A stretch of 59,846 nucleotides of DNA, filler included. It is 4 parts of 4 records of this genome, joined end to end, with 100 filler letters (N's around TTAATTAATTAA, not from the genome) between each part and the next. Parts side by side here need not be neighbours in the genome. Positions count along the whole stretch, not along the records: positions 16,603 to 42,420 come from SRR31147125_14462; positions 42,521 to 51,483 come from SRR31147125_14464; 2 more parts are not named here. The stretch is one strand, 5' to 3'. The notes under the pieces are model-generated. The model made no database searches. It was given only the letters and a program-made list of their open reading frames with translations, and was not told the origin of the DNA. Each line of letters begins with the position of its first letter. Position 1 is the stretch's first letter. The position numbers and the translations under genes were made by a program. Positions 31,501 through 42,886 of this stretch are shown here, one piece after another.

Positions 31501-33876
31501 GCGAACAAAACGGCCTTTCGGATCAAGCACGACGACAAGAGCCCCGGCTGTATCCAATATTGCCGAAACAAAATTACGTTCCCTTTTTAATTCTTCCTCT
31601 GCTTTGCGTCTTTCATTAATATCATAAAGTGCACCGATGAGAACAGGTTCGCTATTAATTTCTGTTTTAACTATGGACATAATCATCCAGAAAATGCGAC
31701 CATCTGCTTTTTTTATTCTTACTTCGTGATTATAAAGAAAACCATGTTCCTGAACTTGTTTGACGACATATTGTCGGTCATTAGAATCCGCATAAAAGTC
31801 CGGAGTGTATTGGCCAATAAGTTCATGTGATTCCAGGCCAAGAAGTGAAGCCAGGGGTTCATTCGCAAAAAGTATATGCCCATCCGAGATCCGACTGATG
31901 ACAAAGGGAATAGGGGACACTCTGACAATGGCTCGAAGTTGTTCATCCGCTTCCTTCATCTTTGTAATATCCACAAATGTCCAGACTCTGCCCAGAGTCA
32001 CCTTGTTTTTCGTATCCTGTACCGGTGTTGTGAAAATTGACAAATATCGTGGTGTCGGCTTTAGCAGTAGGCAGGAACGTTTGTAAATTTCCTCCTGAAA
32101 AATTCTTTGAGCTTTCTACGTCCGGTTTATCGGTTAACTCTTGAATGATTTTTTCAAAGTGATCATTTTTTTGAAAAGAGTTGGTGATTTTGGATAAAAA
32201 TGTTTGGAAAGGTTGATTAAGGAGCTCTTCACTGGTTAAACCGAAAAAATTAGCGGTCTCTTTATTTACAGCTGTTATTTTTCCTGACGGATTCACCATG
32301 ACAATCACACTGTATGATGAATCCAATATTGCCTGTAATTCATCCTTGCTCTGGGATATTTCGTAAAGTAATCTTTGCATTTCTGCGTTTTTCTTTTCCA
32401 ACTGTTCCTGTATGGAGAGCAAAGCCACATTGGCATTGGCCATTTGGTAATTGGCATGTTCAAGTTCTTTTGCCTTTTCATTCAAGCTATCATTGGCGAA
32501 CTGAAGTGAATGTGTTCTTTCAGCTACTATTTTTCCCAGGTTTTGGTAGGAACGGATATTATCGAGAGCAAGCCCAACCATATTGGCGAACATTTCCACC
32601 CGGGCGACATCCTGTGCATCCATTTCTCTTTCATGGTACTGCATGTCACCCTCTATAAATCCAATGGTTTTCCCTTTGACAGTTATGGGTGCGGCTACAA
32701 GGGATTTTATAGGTATTGTTTGTGTGAGTTCTTTGGGAAAATGTGGATCTTTGTCGATATCCTGAATAAATATGGTTTTGTTTTTCTCAATGCATTCCAA
32801 AAGGTGTACAGGAAGTTGGATCGTTTTTTTGTTTAAAAGGCTGAGATACTCCTCAATGACCTTAGGTGAATCTTTTTCAAAATGGAATGAGCGTAAGCTG
32901 AAAAATTCGTCCGTTTTTAAGATCAGAGCAGCTCTGTCAAAATCAAGGCTTGATGTTAATAATGAGGGAACTTCATCAAAGAGAGTTTCTTCATCAAAAA
33001 TTCGTGAAAATCTGTTTGCCGCTCCATTCAAAGCCGCTAATTGCCGGTTGGCGTTTGCTAGACGTTTGGTTCGCTCTTCTACTCGTTTTTCAAGCAATTG
33101 GGAATACTTTTGTTTCTCTATTTCACTTTTTTTTCTTTCAGTAATGTCCAGTGCAATTCCAATATTGCGGACAATTTTACCATTTTCAAAATACAGGCGT
33201 CTTCTGATTTCAAAGTCTTTTATCTCACCGGATTTACAGATCATACGAAATTCAATACTTTTCGATTGACTTTCACCCGTTTTTATTGCGTGGGCAAGTC
33301 CTGCTTTTATTCTGTCTCTATCATCAGGATGGATAATGTCAAAAACCGAACGGCCGAGAAGCTCGAGCTGAGTATACCCCAGAATGCTTTCAACTCCCAG
33401 GCTCAGGCTTGTAAATTTACCATCCGGGCTTAGAGAATAAAGAATGTCCGGCATGGTTTCCATGATCATTCTTAATGTATCTTCAGAGCTTTTCAGTTTT
33501 TTTAATAGTTGAACATTCTCGACCGCATGTCGGATCGTAATATCTATTTCATTGATTTCAAGTGGCTTGAGAACAAAATGATCGGCTCCTTTTTTTATAG
33601 CATCCACTGCGAGTGGAATGGAACCGTGAGCTGTCAGGAGAATAACCGGGACTAGTGGACTTGTTTTTCTGACATGATTAAGAATTTCTAAACCATCCAT
33701 GTCAGGCAAGTTTAAATCACAAAGAAGAATGTCAACATCATTTTGCGCAAACAGGCTTAATCCTTCCTCGCCCGATTGCGCTGCCAGTACCTTATAATTT
33801 TTTTCTGTAAAAGTTTACTGAATTCCTGGCGTTGCCGGATGTCATCTTCTATATAAAGGATTTTTGTTCTTTCCAT
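28565..33876 (-). CDS. Giant hybrid sensor kinase REC-PAS-GAF-PASn-GAF-PAS-HisKA-HATPase (~1770 aa), frameshifts at ~33801, ~32100, ~29148
   Basis: ATG 33876 MERTKILYIEDD; LCDLNLPDMDG; several PAS/[54 protein letters not shown]; the pieces join at A/T runs. Confidence 0.85.
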
Positions 33877-34373
33877 GATATACCTGATATTGTTATTTTC
33901 AGTAGATTGTTTTAATAATAATAGGATTTTATTTTAAAAACAACATAAAAGCGTTACTAAATAAACATAAAATAAATCAATGAATGGCTGTTCGTAAGAG
34001 ATACATGCTTTGGACGGACTGTTTTTTAAAATATAAGGGGCCTGTGAATATAAATATTTAATAATTAAATTATAAAAGCTGTTTAAAAATGGAAAGATAT
34101 TATTTTTAAGATCATTTTTTTATAAATATGTGTGCGATTTCCCGTACCTTTAAAACAATATTTTTGTAATAAATGAGCAAGTTTCAAAAAATGTGTGGTC
34201 GTTTGGTTAAAACAAAATACAGCATTGAAAGTTTTTAAAAAAAGTGTATATTATAATTTTTTATGCTCTTTTTGTAATTTTATAAATATTATAGGAATCA
34301 TGACGTTATTAATTAAGGTTAAATAAACAGATTTTTGTGGTTCTATAAGATAAACCAGAAAAAGGTGAGTAAA

Positions 34374-35168
34374 ATGGAGAAAAATGTAGCAATAGTGACA
34401 GGTGGTAGCAGAGGCATTGGACGTGGGATAGCGTTAAAACTGGCTCAACTGGGGTTTAATGTTCAAATCGTACATTATGATTTTGATAAAGATGGAAAAC
34501 CAGATGAGAGTTGGGCTTTAAGAACCCAAAAAGATGTAGAAGCGTTGGGCTGCCAGTGTGAAATACAACGGGCAGATATAAGCCAGGGGCCAGATAGATT
34601 TGCAATTAAGGATTTAGCTCTAAATACTTTTGGACGCTGTGACTTGTTAGTAAATAACGCGGGAGTTGCCCCTTCAAAACGAATTGATATTTTGCAGGCC
34701 AGCGAAGAGAGCTTTGACAGGGTTTTAGGTATCAATTTGAGAGGACCTTATTTTCTGACCCAGCTGATCGCAAACTGGATGATTGAACAGAAAAAGAGCT
34801 TTCCGGAGCGAGACTTTAGAATTGTTAATACCGGTTCCTTGTCATCTTATGCCAGTTCACCTGCGCGTGGTGAATATTGTGTCAGTAAAGCTGGTGTAAG
34901 TATGATGACAACTCTTTATGCCGACAGACTGGCAGAGTTTGGTATTGGTGTGTTTGAAGTCAGACCAGGTATTATTGCAACAGATATGACCAGTGTGGTG
35001 AAAGAAAAGTACGATAAACTCATTGCCGATGGAATTACCCCTATAAAACGATGGGGACAACCTGAAGATATTGCCAAAGCTGTTGCTGCCATAGCGGAAG
35101 GGAATCTTGATTTTTCAACAGGTCAGGTTATTAATGTAGATGGTGGATTTCATCTACGCAGGTTATAG
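34374..35168 (+). CDS. SDR oxidoreductase (3-ketoacyl-ACP reductase-like)
   Basis: [37 protein letters not shown]. Confidence 0.92.
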   Translation: MEKNVAIVTGGSRGIGRGIALKLAQLGFNVQIVHYDFDKDGKPDESWALRTQKDVEALGCQCEIQRADISQGPDRFAIKDLALNTFGRCDLLVNNAGVAPSKRIDILQASEESFDRVLGINLRGPYFLTQLIANWMIEQKKSFPERDFRIVNTGSLSSYASSPARGEYCVSKAGVSMMTTLYADRLAEFGIGVFEVRPGIIATDMTSVVKEKYDKLIADGITPIKRWGQPEDIAKAVAAIAEGNLDFSTGQVINVDGGFHLRRL

Positions 35169-35240
35169 AGGTTTTACACTGGATTTTTTTAATGTGGTAT
35201 AGCAAGATTTGAAAACAGCATTCTTTTCAGGAGTACTATA

Positions 35241-37277
35241 ATGGAAATCAGAAATATTGCAGGTCAAGAAGTAAGGATCCATCGATACAACACGATTATT
35301 GTCGGTGCGGGAGCTGCAGGAATGAACTGCGCAAAAAAGCTTTATGAATTTATGAACCAAAAAGGAGTTAAAGAGGCAGAAAATCGTATTGCCGTTGTTA
35401 CAACAGGTCTACCTCTTGGAGCCTCACGCATGAGTGGTTCTGATAAGCAGACATATTATAAGATGGGTACAAGTCCGGATGTGGCGGATAGTGCTGAAGA
35501 GTTTGCTAAAAGTCTCACTGCCGGAGGTTGTTGCCATGGTGATCTGGCTTTGGCTGAGGCTATTGGCTCCTTACGTGGATTTTATAATCTTGTTGAGGCT
35601 GGTGTGCCATTTCCACATGATGCCATGGGCAGTTATGTTGGCTATAAGACAGATCACGATCCATATGAACGGGCCACGTCAGCGGGTCCGAAAACGAGCA
35701 AATTTATGAGTGAATGTTTGCAAAAAGTGGTCGAACGTTATGGTATTCCTGTTTATGATCACCAGGAAGCAGCAGAAATGATTACGGTAGAAGAAAATGG
35801 TTCAAAACGCATTGTCGGGCTTGTCACTGTATTTAAAAAGGCGTTAAAAGAAACCGATTTTGCGGTTCATGTGTTTCTTTTTGAAAATCTTGTTCTGGCT
35901 GCCGGTGGACCCGGAGGATTGTATGAAACCAGTGTATATCCAAAAGGACAGGTAGGTATGCATGGAATAGCGTTTCGGGCAGGTCTGGCAGCAGAAAATT
36001 TTACCGAATCACAGTTTGGATTGGCCAGTATTTCGTTTCGCTGGAATGTATCCGGTACTTACATGCAGGCGATTCCTCGTATCTTTAGTACCGACGCGGA
36101 TGGAAACGATGAACGTGAATTTTTAACGGACTTTTTCCCGACAATGAGTAAAATGGCCACCAATATTTTTCTCAAAGGATATCAATGGCCATTTGATCCG
36201 CAGCGGATTGAAAATTTACAGTCGTCTCTTGTCGATATTATTGTTTTTAATGAAACACAAAAGGGCAGACGTGTTTTTATGGATTTTTTAAAAAATCCGG
36301 TTGGTAATGCTTCCATGAAAACATTTGATCTCAATGATCTTGAACCGGAGGCCCTGGAGTATTTACAAAAAACCAATGCACTTCAATCAACACCGATTGA
36401 ACGATTGGCACATATGAACGAGCCTGCAATTGGTATTTATAAAGAACACAATATCGATCTGTTTAAGGAGCCCCTGGAAATTGCAGTCTGTGCTCAGCAT
36501 AATAATGGCGGATTTGGTGTGGATAGATGGTGGCAATCCAATATAAAGCATACGTTTATAATTGGCGAGATGGCTGGAACACATGGTGTGAAAAGACCAG
36601 GTGGTTCCGCGTTAAATGCCGGCCAGGTTGGGTCTATGCGTGCAGCCGAGTATATTGCGAATGTATATGGTGCGGAATTACCGGATTATACACATTTACA
36701 GACTGACATTGATACATTTTTACAAAATTTTATTAAAAAGCTGGACAAATTTGCCAATTCCAATGGAGAAAAAACGCCTCAGGATGTGGTTCGAGATATC
36801 CAGAGTCGAATGACTGTTTCTGGTGGCCATATCAGAGAAATTTCTGCCGTTCGGAAAGCTGTTACAGAAACTCTGAGAGTCGTTGAGTACATAAAAAATA
36901 ATGGATTTAAATTAAATAATAATAGAGATTTGATTGTTGCAATTCAAGCCGAACATCTGGCGCTGGCAAGTCTAGCCTGTCTACTGGCAATTAAAGCAAT
37001 GCTCGAACAGGGGGGCGGTTCACGGGGATCTTACCTCGTGCTTGCAGATGATGGCCTGGAGATTCATCCTGATATTTTAAATAAAACAACAGGACAGCCT
37101 TTGAAAATGAAGCCTGAAAAATTAGAGCTTCAGAAATCGATATTAGAGATAATATACAATTCTTCGTCTTCTGAGCTGTTTACATGCACGAGCAAAAAGG
37201 TTCGAAAGGCACCCTCTTTAAGAAAAGCATTTGAACCAGCCTGGTTGGATTACAGGCAGGGTAAAATATTCCAGTAA
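35241..37277 (+). CDS. FAD-binding oxidoreductase, SdhA/FrdA/NadB superfamily, function unknown
   Basis: IVGAGAAG, LAAGGPG, QHNNGG, IGEMAGTHGVKRPGGSAL, GSRGSY. Confidence 0.8.
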   Translation: MEIRNIAGQEVRIHRYNTIIVGAGAAGMNCAKKLYEFMNQKGVKEAENRIAVVTTGLPLGASRMSGSDKQTYYKMGTSPDVADSAEEFAKSLTAGGCCHGDLALAEAIGSLRGFYNLVEAGVPFPHDAMGSYVGYKTDHDPYERATSAGPKTSKFMSECLQKVVERYGIPVYDHQEAAEMITVEENGSKRIVGLVTVFKKALKETDFAVHVFLFENLVLAAGGPGGLYETSVYPKGQVGMHGIAFRAGLAAENFTESQFGLASISFRWNVSGTYMQAIPRIFSTDADGNDEREFLTDFFPTMSKMATNIFLKGYQWPFDPQRIENLQSSLVDIIVFNETQKGRRVFMDFLKNPVGNASMKTFDLNDLEPEALEYLQKTNALQSTPIERLAHMNEPAIGIYKEHNIDLFKEPLEIAVCAQHNNGGFGVDRWWQSNIKHTFIIGEMAGTHGVKRPGGSALNAGQVGSMRAAEYIANVYGAELPDYTHLQTDIDTFLQNFIKKLDKFANSNGEKTPQDVVRDIQSRMTVSGGHIREISAVRKAVTETLRVVEYIKNNGFKLNNNRDLIVAIQAEHLALASLACLLAIKAMLEQGGGSRGSYLVLADDGLEIHPDILNKTTGQPLKMKPEKLELQKSILEIIYNSSSSELFTCTSKKVRKAPSLRKAFEPAWLDYRQGKIFQ

Positions 37278-37420
37278 AATGAATACCTTTTTTTGAGGTG
37301 AGATTTTTTTCATATTTATAAATTTACAATTAGCAGGTATGGTTTCAGAGGATACTCTCATTTGTTTTCGGGAAAGGAGAGTATCCTTTTTGATCTTGAA
37401 TGTAAACGAAGGGAATAATA

Positions 37421-37987
37421 GTGAAGTTAAATAAAATTGGAAAACGTATCAAGATGCTCATGGAAGAAAAGGATGTCACCCTTGAAATGCTGGCCGAACG
37501 CACTGGTTTTGATAAGGATTTTCTTGTCTCCATGCAGGAAGATGATGTTGTCCCCTCACTGATGCCACTCTTAAAAGTTGCAAGAGCTCTGGGGATCCGC
37601 CTGGGCACTTTTATTGATGATCATATTAGCAAAGATCCTCTTGTTGTTCGCAAGGATTCTCACAAAGAAGAGCTGGATATACACAGAGGTAAAAATAAAC
37701 CGATATCACTAAAGTTTTTTTCGCTGGGTGCTGGCAAAATTGACCGGCATATGGAACCCTTTTATATTGAAGCTTTACCTGAATCTGCCAAAGAAAAAAA
37801 ATTATCTTCTCATGAAGGGGAAGAATTTATGGTTGTTTTGACTGGCCAGCTGGAAGTCATCTATGGCCAGGAAACACATATGCTTAATCCCGGAGACAGC
37901 ATATATTACAATTCTATCGTACCTCACTATGTCAGTTGTAAAGGGGATGTCAAAGCGACTTTTTACGCGGTATTGTATTTTGCCTAA
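37421..37987 (+). CDS. XRE HTH + cupin transcriptional regulator
   Basis: IGKRIKMLMEEKDVTLEMLAERTG; HEGEEFMVV..GDSIYYNSIVPH. Confidence 0.92.
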   Translation: MKLNKIGKRIKMLMEEKDVTLEMLAERTGFDKDFLVSMQEDDVVPSLMPLLKVARALGIRLGTFIDDHISKDPLVVRKDSHKEELDIHRGKNKPISLKFFSLGAGKIDRHMEPFYIEALPESAKEKKLSSHEGEEFMVVLTGQLEVIYGQETHMLNPGDSIYYNSIVPHYVSCKGDVKATFYAVLYFA

Positions 37988-38008
37988 CAGAAGAATGAAA
38001 GAGATATA

Positions 38009-39655
38009 ATGAAGAAAAACACATTACGTGATATTACAATGGGTCAAATGCTGGATGAGATAGTAGCAAAGTATCCGGATAATGAGGCGCTGGTTTACGT
38101 CGATCGTGATTTTCGTCTTACTTATAACGAATTTGGACACGTCGTGGATCAATTGGCAAAAGGTTTGATGAAATTGGGTGTTAAAAAGGGAGAAAAGGTA
38201 GCTATATGGGCGACGAATATTCCATACTGGGTGGCTCTGCAGTTTGCTACAGCAAAAATAGGAGCTATTCTTCTCACAGTAAATACACTATATAAAATCA
38301 GCGAGCTGGAATATTTACTCAAACAATCAGAAGCTGAAAATATTTTTCTGATTGATGGCTATCGGGATACGGATTATATTCAGACCATCTATGAGCTTGT
38401 ACCCGAGTTGAAAACGCAGCCACGGGAGTATTTAAAAAGCTCACGTTTTCCACATCTGAAACGGGTCTTTTTTCTGGGACAGGAAAAACACAGGGGTATG
38501 TATACCATACCGGAAATAATGGCACTCAGCGATATGACCTCCGATAAGGATTATCAGGATCGCCAGGCTAGCCTTGATACGCATGATACGGTTAATATGC
38601 AATACACATCCGGAACGACCGGTTTTCCGAAAGGTGTTATGCTGACACATTACAATATTTGTAACAATGGTTTCTGGATTGGAGAAAATCAGCTGTTTAC
38701 GGCAGAGGATAGGCTTTGTCTGCCGGTTCCATTGTTTCATTGTTTTGGCTGTGTGCTAGGTGTCCTTGCCGCTGTTAGTCATGGTACAACGATGGTTATC
38801 CTGGAAAGTTTTAGTGCCATACAGGCTATGGCGTCTGTTGAACAGGAACAATGTACAGCGTTATATGGCGTTCCTACCATGTTTATCGCTATACTTGAGC
38901 ACAAATTATTTAAAAAATTCGATTTCAGCAGTTTAAGAACAGGCATTATGGCTGGTTCCCCCTGTCCCATTGAAGTGATGCGTCAGGTTATGGACGAAAT
39001 GAACATGCAAGATATTACCATTTGTTATGGTCTTACAGAAGCATCTCCGGTTATTACACAGACCCGTATTGATGATGATATTTCCCGTCGTGTGGAATCC
39101 GTAGGTCGTACAATGCCGGAAATTGAGGTGCGGATTGTTGATCCTGAAACGAATGAGGTTGTTAGACCCGGGCAACCAGGGGAAATCTGTTGCCGCGGTT
39201 ACAATGTCATGAAAGGTTATTATAAAAAACCAGACGAGACAGCCGATGCAATTGATAAGGATGGATGGCTTCATTCCGGTGACCTGGGAATCATGGATGA
39301 TGATGGTTATATCTCTATTACAGGCCGTCACAAGGATATGATTATCCGTGGAGGCGAGAATATTTATCCCCGGGAAATTGAAGAATTCCTTTATCAAATG
39401 GATGGTATTTCGGATGTTCAGGTCGTTGGTGTCCCAAGTCATAAATATGGTGAAGAAATAGGCGCCTTTCTTATTCTCAAAAAAGGATATGATCTTGTTG
39501 AAAGTGATGTGCAGGATTTTTGCCGAGGCAAGATTAGTCGTTATAAAATTCCCAAATATGTATTTTTCATTGATTCTTTGCCACTAACAGCAAGCGGTAA
39601 AATACAAAAGTATAAATTGCGTGAAATGGCACAGGAATTTCTAAAGTCTGATTGA
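38009..39655 (+). CDS. AMP-binding acyl-CoA synthetase
   Basis: [49 protein letters not shown]. Confidence 0.95.
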   Translation: MKKNTLRDITMGQMLDEIVAKYPDNEALVYVDRDFRLTYNEFGHVVDQLAKGLMKLGVKKGEKVAIWATNIPYWVALQFATAKIGAILLTVNTLYKISELEYLLKQSEAENIFLIDGYRDTDYIQTIYELVPELKTQPREYLKSSRFPHLKRVFFLGQEKHRGMYTIPEIMALSDMTSDKDYQDRQASLDTHDTVNMQYTSGTTGFPKGVMLTHYNICNNGFWIGENQLFTAEDRLCLPVPLFHCFGCVLGVLAAVSHGTTMVILESFSAIQAMASVEQEQCTALYGVPTMFIAILEHKLFKKFDFSSLRTGIMAGSPCPIEVMRQVMDEMNMQDITICYGLTEASPVITQTRIDDDISRRVESVGRTMPEIEVRIVDPETNEVVRPGQPGEICCRGYNVMKGYYKKPDETADAIDKDGWLHSGDLGIMDDDGYISITGRHKDMIIRGGENIYPREIEEFLYQMDGISDVQVVGVPSHKYGEEIGAFLILKKGYDLVESDVQDFCRGKISRYKIPKYVFFIDSLPLTASGKIQKYKLREMAQEFLKSD

Positions 39656-39721
39656 AATCTTGTTGTTTCTTTATAGCTTTCCATGCGGATCCGTAATAAG
39701 TAGGCTAGGAGGTCACATTGT

Positions 39722-39833
39722 ATGGAACGACGAGTTTATTACGATTGAACGTCATATCCTCGATTTTCAAAAATGGTTCCCTCATGCCAGTGGTGATCTG
39801 ACAAATATATTATACAATATAACTACGGGATGA
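39722..39833 (+). pseudogene. N-terminal remnant of a class I fructose-1,6-bisphosphatase
   Basis: AGGAGG then ATG; with one indel reads MERRV-ITIERHILDFQKWFPHASGDLTNILYNITTG*, resembling FBPase I N-termini. Confidence 0.55.
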
Positions 39834-39948
39834 TTGGCGTTACTATAAATCACAGTTTTCTAAAAAAGTGTTCTTGGATGATAATATCCACAGCTAATCC
39901 TGGCATACTGACTTTTAATGATCCGACACATAAATATGAGAAGGTAAG

Positions 39949-42330
39949 ATGAGAATATGTAAGCGCACAGTAGCTGTACTCGAATTTCTTTTTATCATTT
40001 TAGCTATATTTTTAGCTCCAGGTTTTGCACAGTTACCACCAGAGGATAGGAAAAATTCGAAATCCTTTATGGATTCAATACGTGTTGCTGTAAATGATAC
40101 AACTGTGGAACGTTATATTATTAACGCTAAAAGGCTTGATGCTTCTGAACGGATTTCAGTCAATGGTTTATTAAATGAATCTGTTTGGCAGGAAGCTGAG
40201 CATGCAACAGGATTACTTGAAAAAGAACCGTTCCCGCTTTACGACATGATTGAGCCTACCGAGTTTGCTATCCTTTATGATGATGAAAATATCTATATTG
40301 GTGTCTGGTGCTGGGACAGTGAACCAAAGAAAATTATTAGACAGATTAATCCTCGCGGCTCAGCCTCCCCGGATAATCTTTATCTCTTTTTGGATACCTA
40401 CCATGATCACCGCACAGGCTATAAATTCAACGTTTCTCCAACAGGTGTTCAGGCTGATGAATTGAGATATGATGATTTTAAACGGGACTTTAACTGGAAT
40501 GGAATCTGGTATTCCAAATGCTCGATCGATAATAAAGGATGGTATGCTGAGATAAAAATCCCCTTTTTCAATCTGAGATATCGTGATATTCCGGAGCATA
40601 TTTGGGGATTTAATATCATGCGAAACATATCAAAGAATGCATCAAGGGGGCAGTGGAAGCCTCATTTACCAGAGTGGGCGAATACAACACGCATGTCGAA
40701 AATTGGACATATTGTAGGTATAAATAATATTAAATCCGGAAGGCGATTCGAATTTATACCTTATAGTTTGTCAGGACTTTCCGAGCAAGCCCCGCAATCG
40801 GCCACAGGTCAGCTTAATTATGGTCTCGATTTTAAATACAGCCCGTCCACGAATATCACCACCGATTTGACAATAAATCCCGATTTTGCCCAGGTGGATG
40901 CAGATGTCCTCGATATTAATCTGACTCGTTTTCCAACAAGGTTTAAAGAACTTCGTCCGTTTTTTACCGAACGAACCAATGTTTTTAATACGCCAATAGA
41001 ATTGTTTTATAGCAGACGAATAGGCGCCAGAGGGGATATATTAGGCGGCGCAAAGGTCACCGGTAAACTTGCAAAAGGTGTTGAATTTGGCTCTTTGGCT
41101 TGTATCACAGGTTCTTCGGACATGTTTAATCTCGGTGGGACAAGCGTAAATCCGGAACAGGCTGATTATGCTGTTGTACGTCTTAAAAAGGATCTGTTCA
41201 AGACGAGTAGTATTGGGTTTCTTGGTGCAACAAGGGAAAAATCGGGCTCTTATAACCGTGTAATGGGTCTTGATGGTTCTTTTGTTCTACGTAATTTATA
41301 TTTGCTGGATGTTCAATTCGCCCGGGGGCAGACTGAAAAATTTGATACAAAGAATATGGCTTATTACGCACATGTGACCAGGACTGGCGATTTGCTTGGA
41401 TTGGAGGCGGAGTATAGTAAAACTGAGCCTTATTTCGAGATCAATGACATTGGTTATCTTCAGAAAGAATTGTATAGGGGATCAAAAGTTTTAAATGGTC
41501 AGTTATCTATTGGCCCTCGAATTAACAGACATCATGTGAGGCGTGTTACTTTTAATGTTGGCCTTGAACGTAATGCTGATTTGTTTACGGATCAGTATAT
41601 TAATGCCTGGTTGTCTGACAATGAGAATCATTCGGTTTCTTCCGAATTCGGCATTGTATTGGCCAATCCGGATGGCAAGCGGCAGATTTCAGGCGGAAAA
41701 CGAACATTCCAAAACTGGCGCCATGATGAATCATTAAAGTGTGAGTTTTTAAACGAGACGGAATTTTTGGTGGAATACTCGGGATTCAGGAATACGGAAC
41801 TCACGGATATCTTTACTGGTGATTTTTGGCAGGCTACCTATGCGACCAGAACCTTAAATAAAGGTAATCGATTTGCTGGTACGATAAGCATAAATAAAGG
41901 ATCCTTTTATAACTATAATCAAAAATATTATGGTAAACTGCAACGTGTTGAACTAACAGGAGAGGGCAGACTGAGATATAATATTATTTCCTCTCTCGAA
42001 GGTGAATATACCCAAACAAAAGATCCATATGACCAACGCGATGGTCGATTTTGGAGATTCTCATCCCGTACCTCCTTTATGTTTACAAAAGACTTTTATT
42101 TTCGAATTCATTTACAGGGCCATTTTGGTACCACCTATTATAATACGCGATTAATGAATAATAATTACCTGTTAAGTTCCTTGCTTAGCTGGCAATTTCA
42201 GCCTGGCAGTTTTTTCTATTTAGCCTATAATGAAGGGAGGCTTGATCAAGGTGATTCACTCCGTTCGAGATATTTTTTATTTAACGACAGGACTCTGGTT
42301 CTTAAACTGTCTTATCGGTTCAATATTTAG
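39949..42330 (+). CDS. Exported CBM9-like + DUF5916 protein (probable outer-membrane barrel)
   Basis: Signal peptide; VNGLLNESVW, FLDTYHD, GWYAEIKIPF, WGFNIMR, LTINPDFAQVDAD, ELRPFFTE, LFYSRRIG; ends LKLSYRFNI. Confidence 0.85.
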   Translation: MRICKRTVAVLEFLFIILAIFLAPGFAQLPPEDRKNSKSFMDSIRVAVNDTTVERYIINAKRLDASERISVNGLLNESVWQEAEHATGLLEKEPFPLYDMIEPTEFAILYDDENIYIGVWCWDSEPKKIIRQINPRGSASPDNLYLFLDTYHDHRTGYKFNVSPTGVQADELRYDDFKRDFNWNGIWYSKCSIDNKGWYAEIKIPFFNLRYRDIPEHIWGFNIMRNISKNASRGQWKPHLPEWANTTRMSKIGHIVGINNIKSGRRFEFIPYSLSGLSEQAPQSATGQLNYGLDFKYSPSTNITTDLTINPDFAQVDADVLDINLTRFPTRFKELRPFFTERTNVFNTPIELFYSRRIGARGDILGGAKVTGKLAKGVEFGSLACITGSSDMFNLGGTSVNPEQADYAVVRLKKDLFKTSSIGFLGATREKSGSYNRVMGLDGSFVLRNLYLLDVQFARGQTEKFDTKNMAYYAHVTRTGDLLGLEAEYSKTEPYFEINDIGYLQKELYRGSKVLNGQLSIGPRINRHHVRRVTFNVGLERNADLFTDQYINAWLSDNENHSVSSEFGIVLANPDGKRQISGGKRTFQNWRHDESLKCEFLNETEFLVEYSGFRNTELTDIFTGDFWQATYATRTLNKGNRFAGTISINKGSFYNYNQKYYGKLQRVELTGEGRLRYNIISSLEGEYTQTKDPYDQRDGRFWRFSSRTSFMFTKDFYFRIHLQGHFGTTYYNTRLMNNNYLLSSLLSWQFQPGSFFYLAYNEGRLDQGDSLRSRYFLFNDRTLVLKLSYRFNI

Positions 42331-42420
42331 ATTATTAATTTACGAAAGAGTCGACCCTGGTGTGTAAAGTTTTTTTATCTTTAATTATATGCGTAGTGTT
42401 TCCGTATAAATTTTAACAAG

Positions 42421-42520
42421 NNNNNNNNNNNNNNNNNNNNNNNNNNNNNNNNNNNNNNNNNNNNTTAATTAATTAANNNNNNNNNNNNNNNNNNNNNNNN
42501 NNNNNNNNNNNNNNNNNNNN
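42421..42520. other. Artificial contig linker
   Basis: N-run / TTAATTAATTAA / N-run. Confidence 0.98.
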
Positions 42521-42521
42521 T

Positions 42522-42824
42522 TTTGCAAAAGGTGAAGTTGATGCAATCTTAGCAAAAGATGATGTAATTAAATCAGTAAAAACTGATTATGCTATACCTG
42601 GATCAGATGAAGTGTTTAAATTCCAAATCCATTTAGATCAGGCAAAAGAGTATGAAGCAGGCTATGAAAAATTCCCAGAAGATAATAAAGTAGTAGTTGA
42701 TGGAAAAGAGCATGACCTGGAAGGTGTTAGAAGACAGCTTACTTGGATGTTTGGAAGACCAATTCCACAACAGAAAACAGAAGAAACACCAGTAGAAGAA
42801 GCAAGTGATCAACAAGTAAATTAG
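42522..42824 (+). CDS. 3' end of a hypothetical protein truncated by the contig start
   Basis: Frame open from the contig edge (FAKGEVDAIL...) to TAG, followed by a terminator. Confidence 0.65.
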   Translation, partial: FAKGEVDAILAKDDVIKSVKTDYAIPGSDEVFKFQIHLDQAKEYEAGYEKFPEDNKVVVDGKEHDLEGVRRQLTWMFGRPIPQQKTEETPVEEASDQQVN

Positions 42825-42829
42825 TATAT

Positions 42830-42864
42830 AAAAAGACAGCCTTTAAATTAGAGGCTGTCTTTTT
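42830..42864. terminator. Bidirectional terminator
   Basis: AAAAGACAGCCT-loop-AGGCTGTCTTTT between convergent genes. Confidence 0.85.
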
Positions 42865-42886
42865 ATTGAATTCAATTATTATTATT

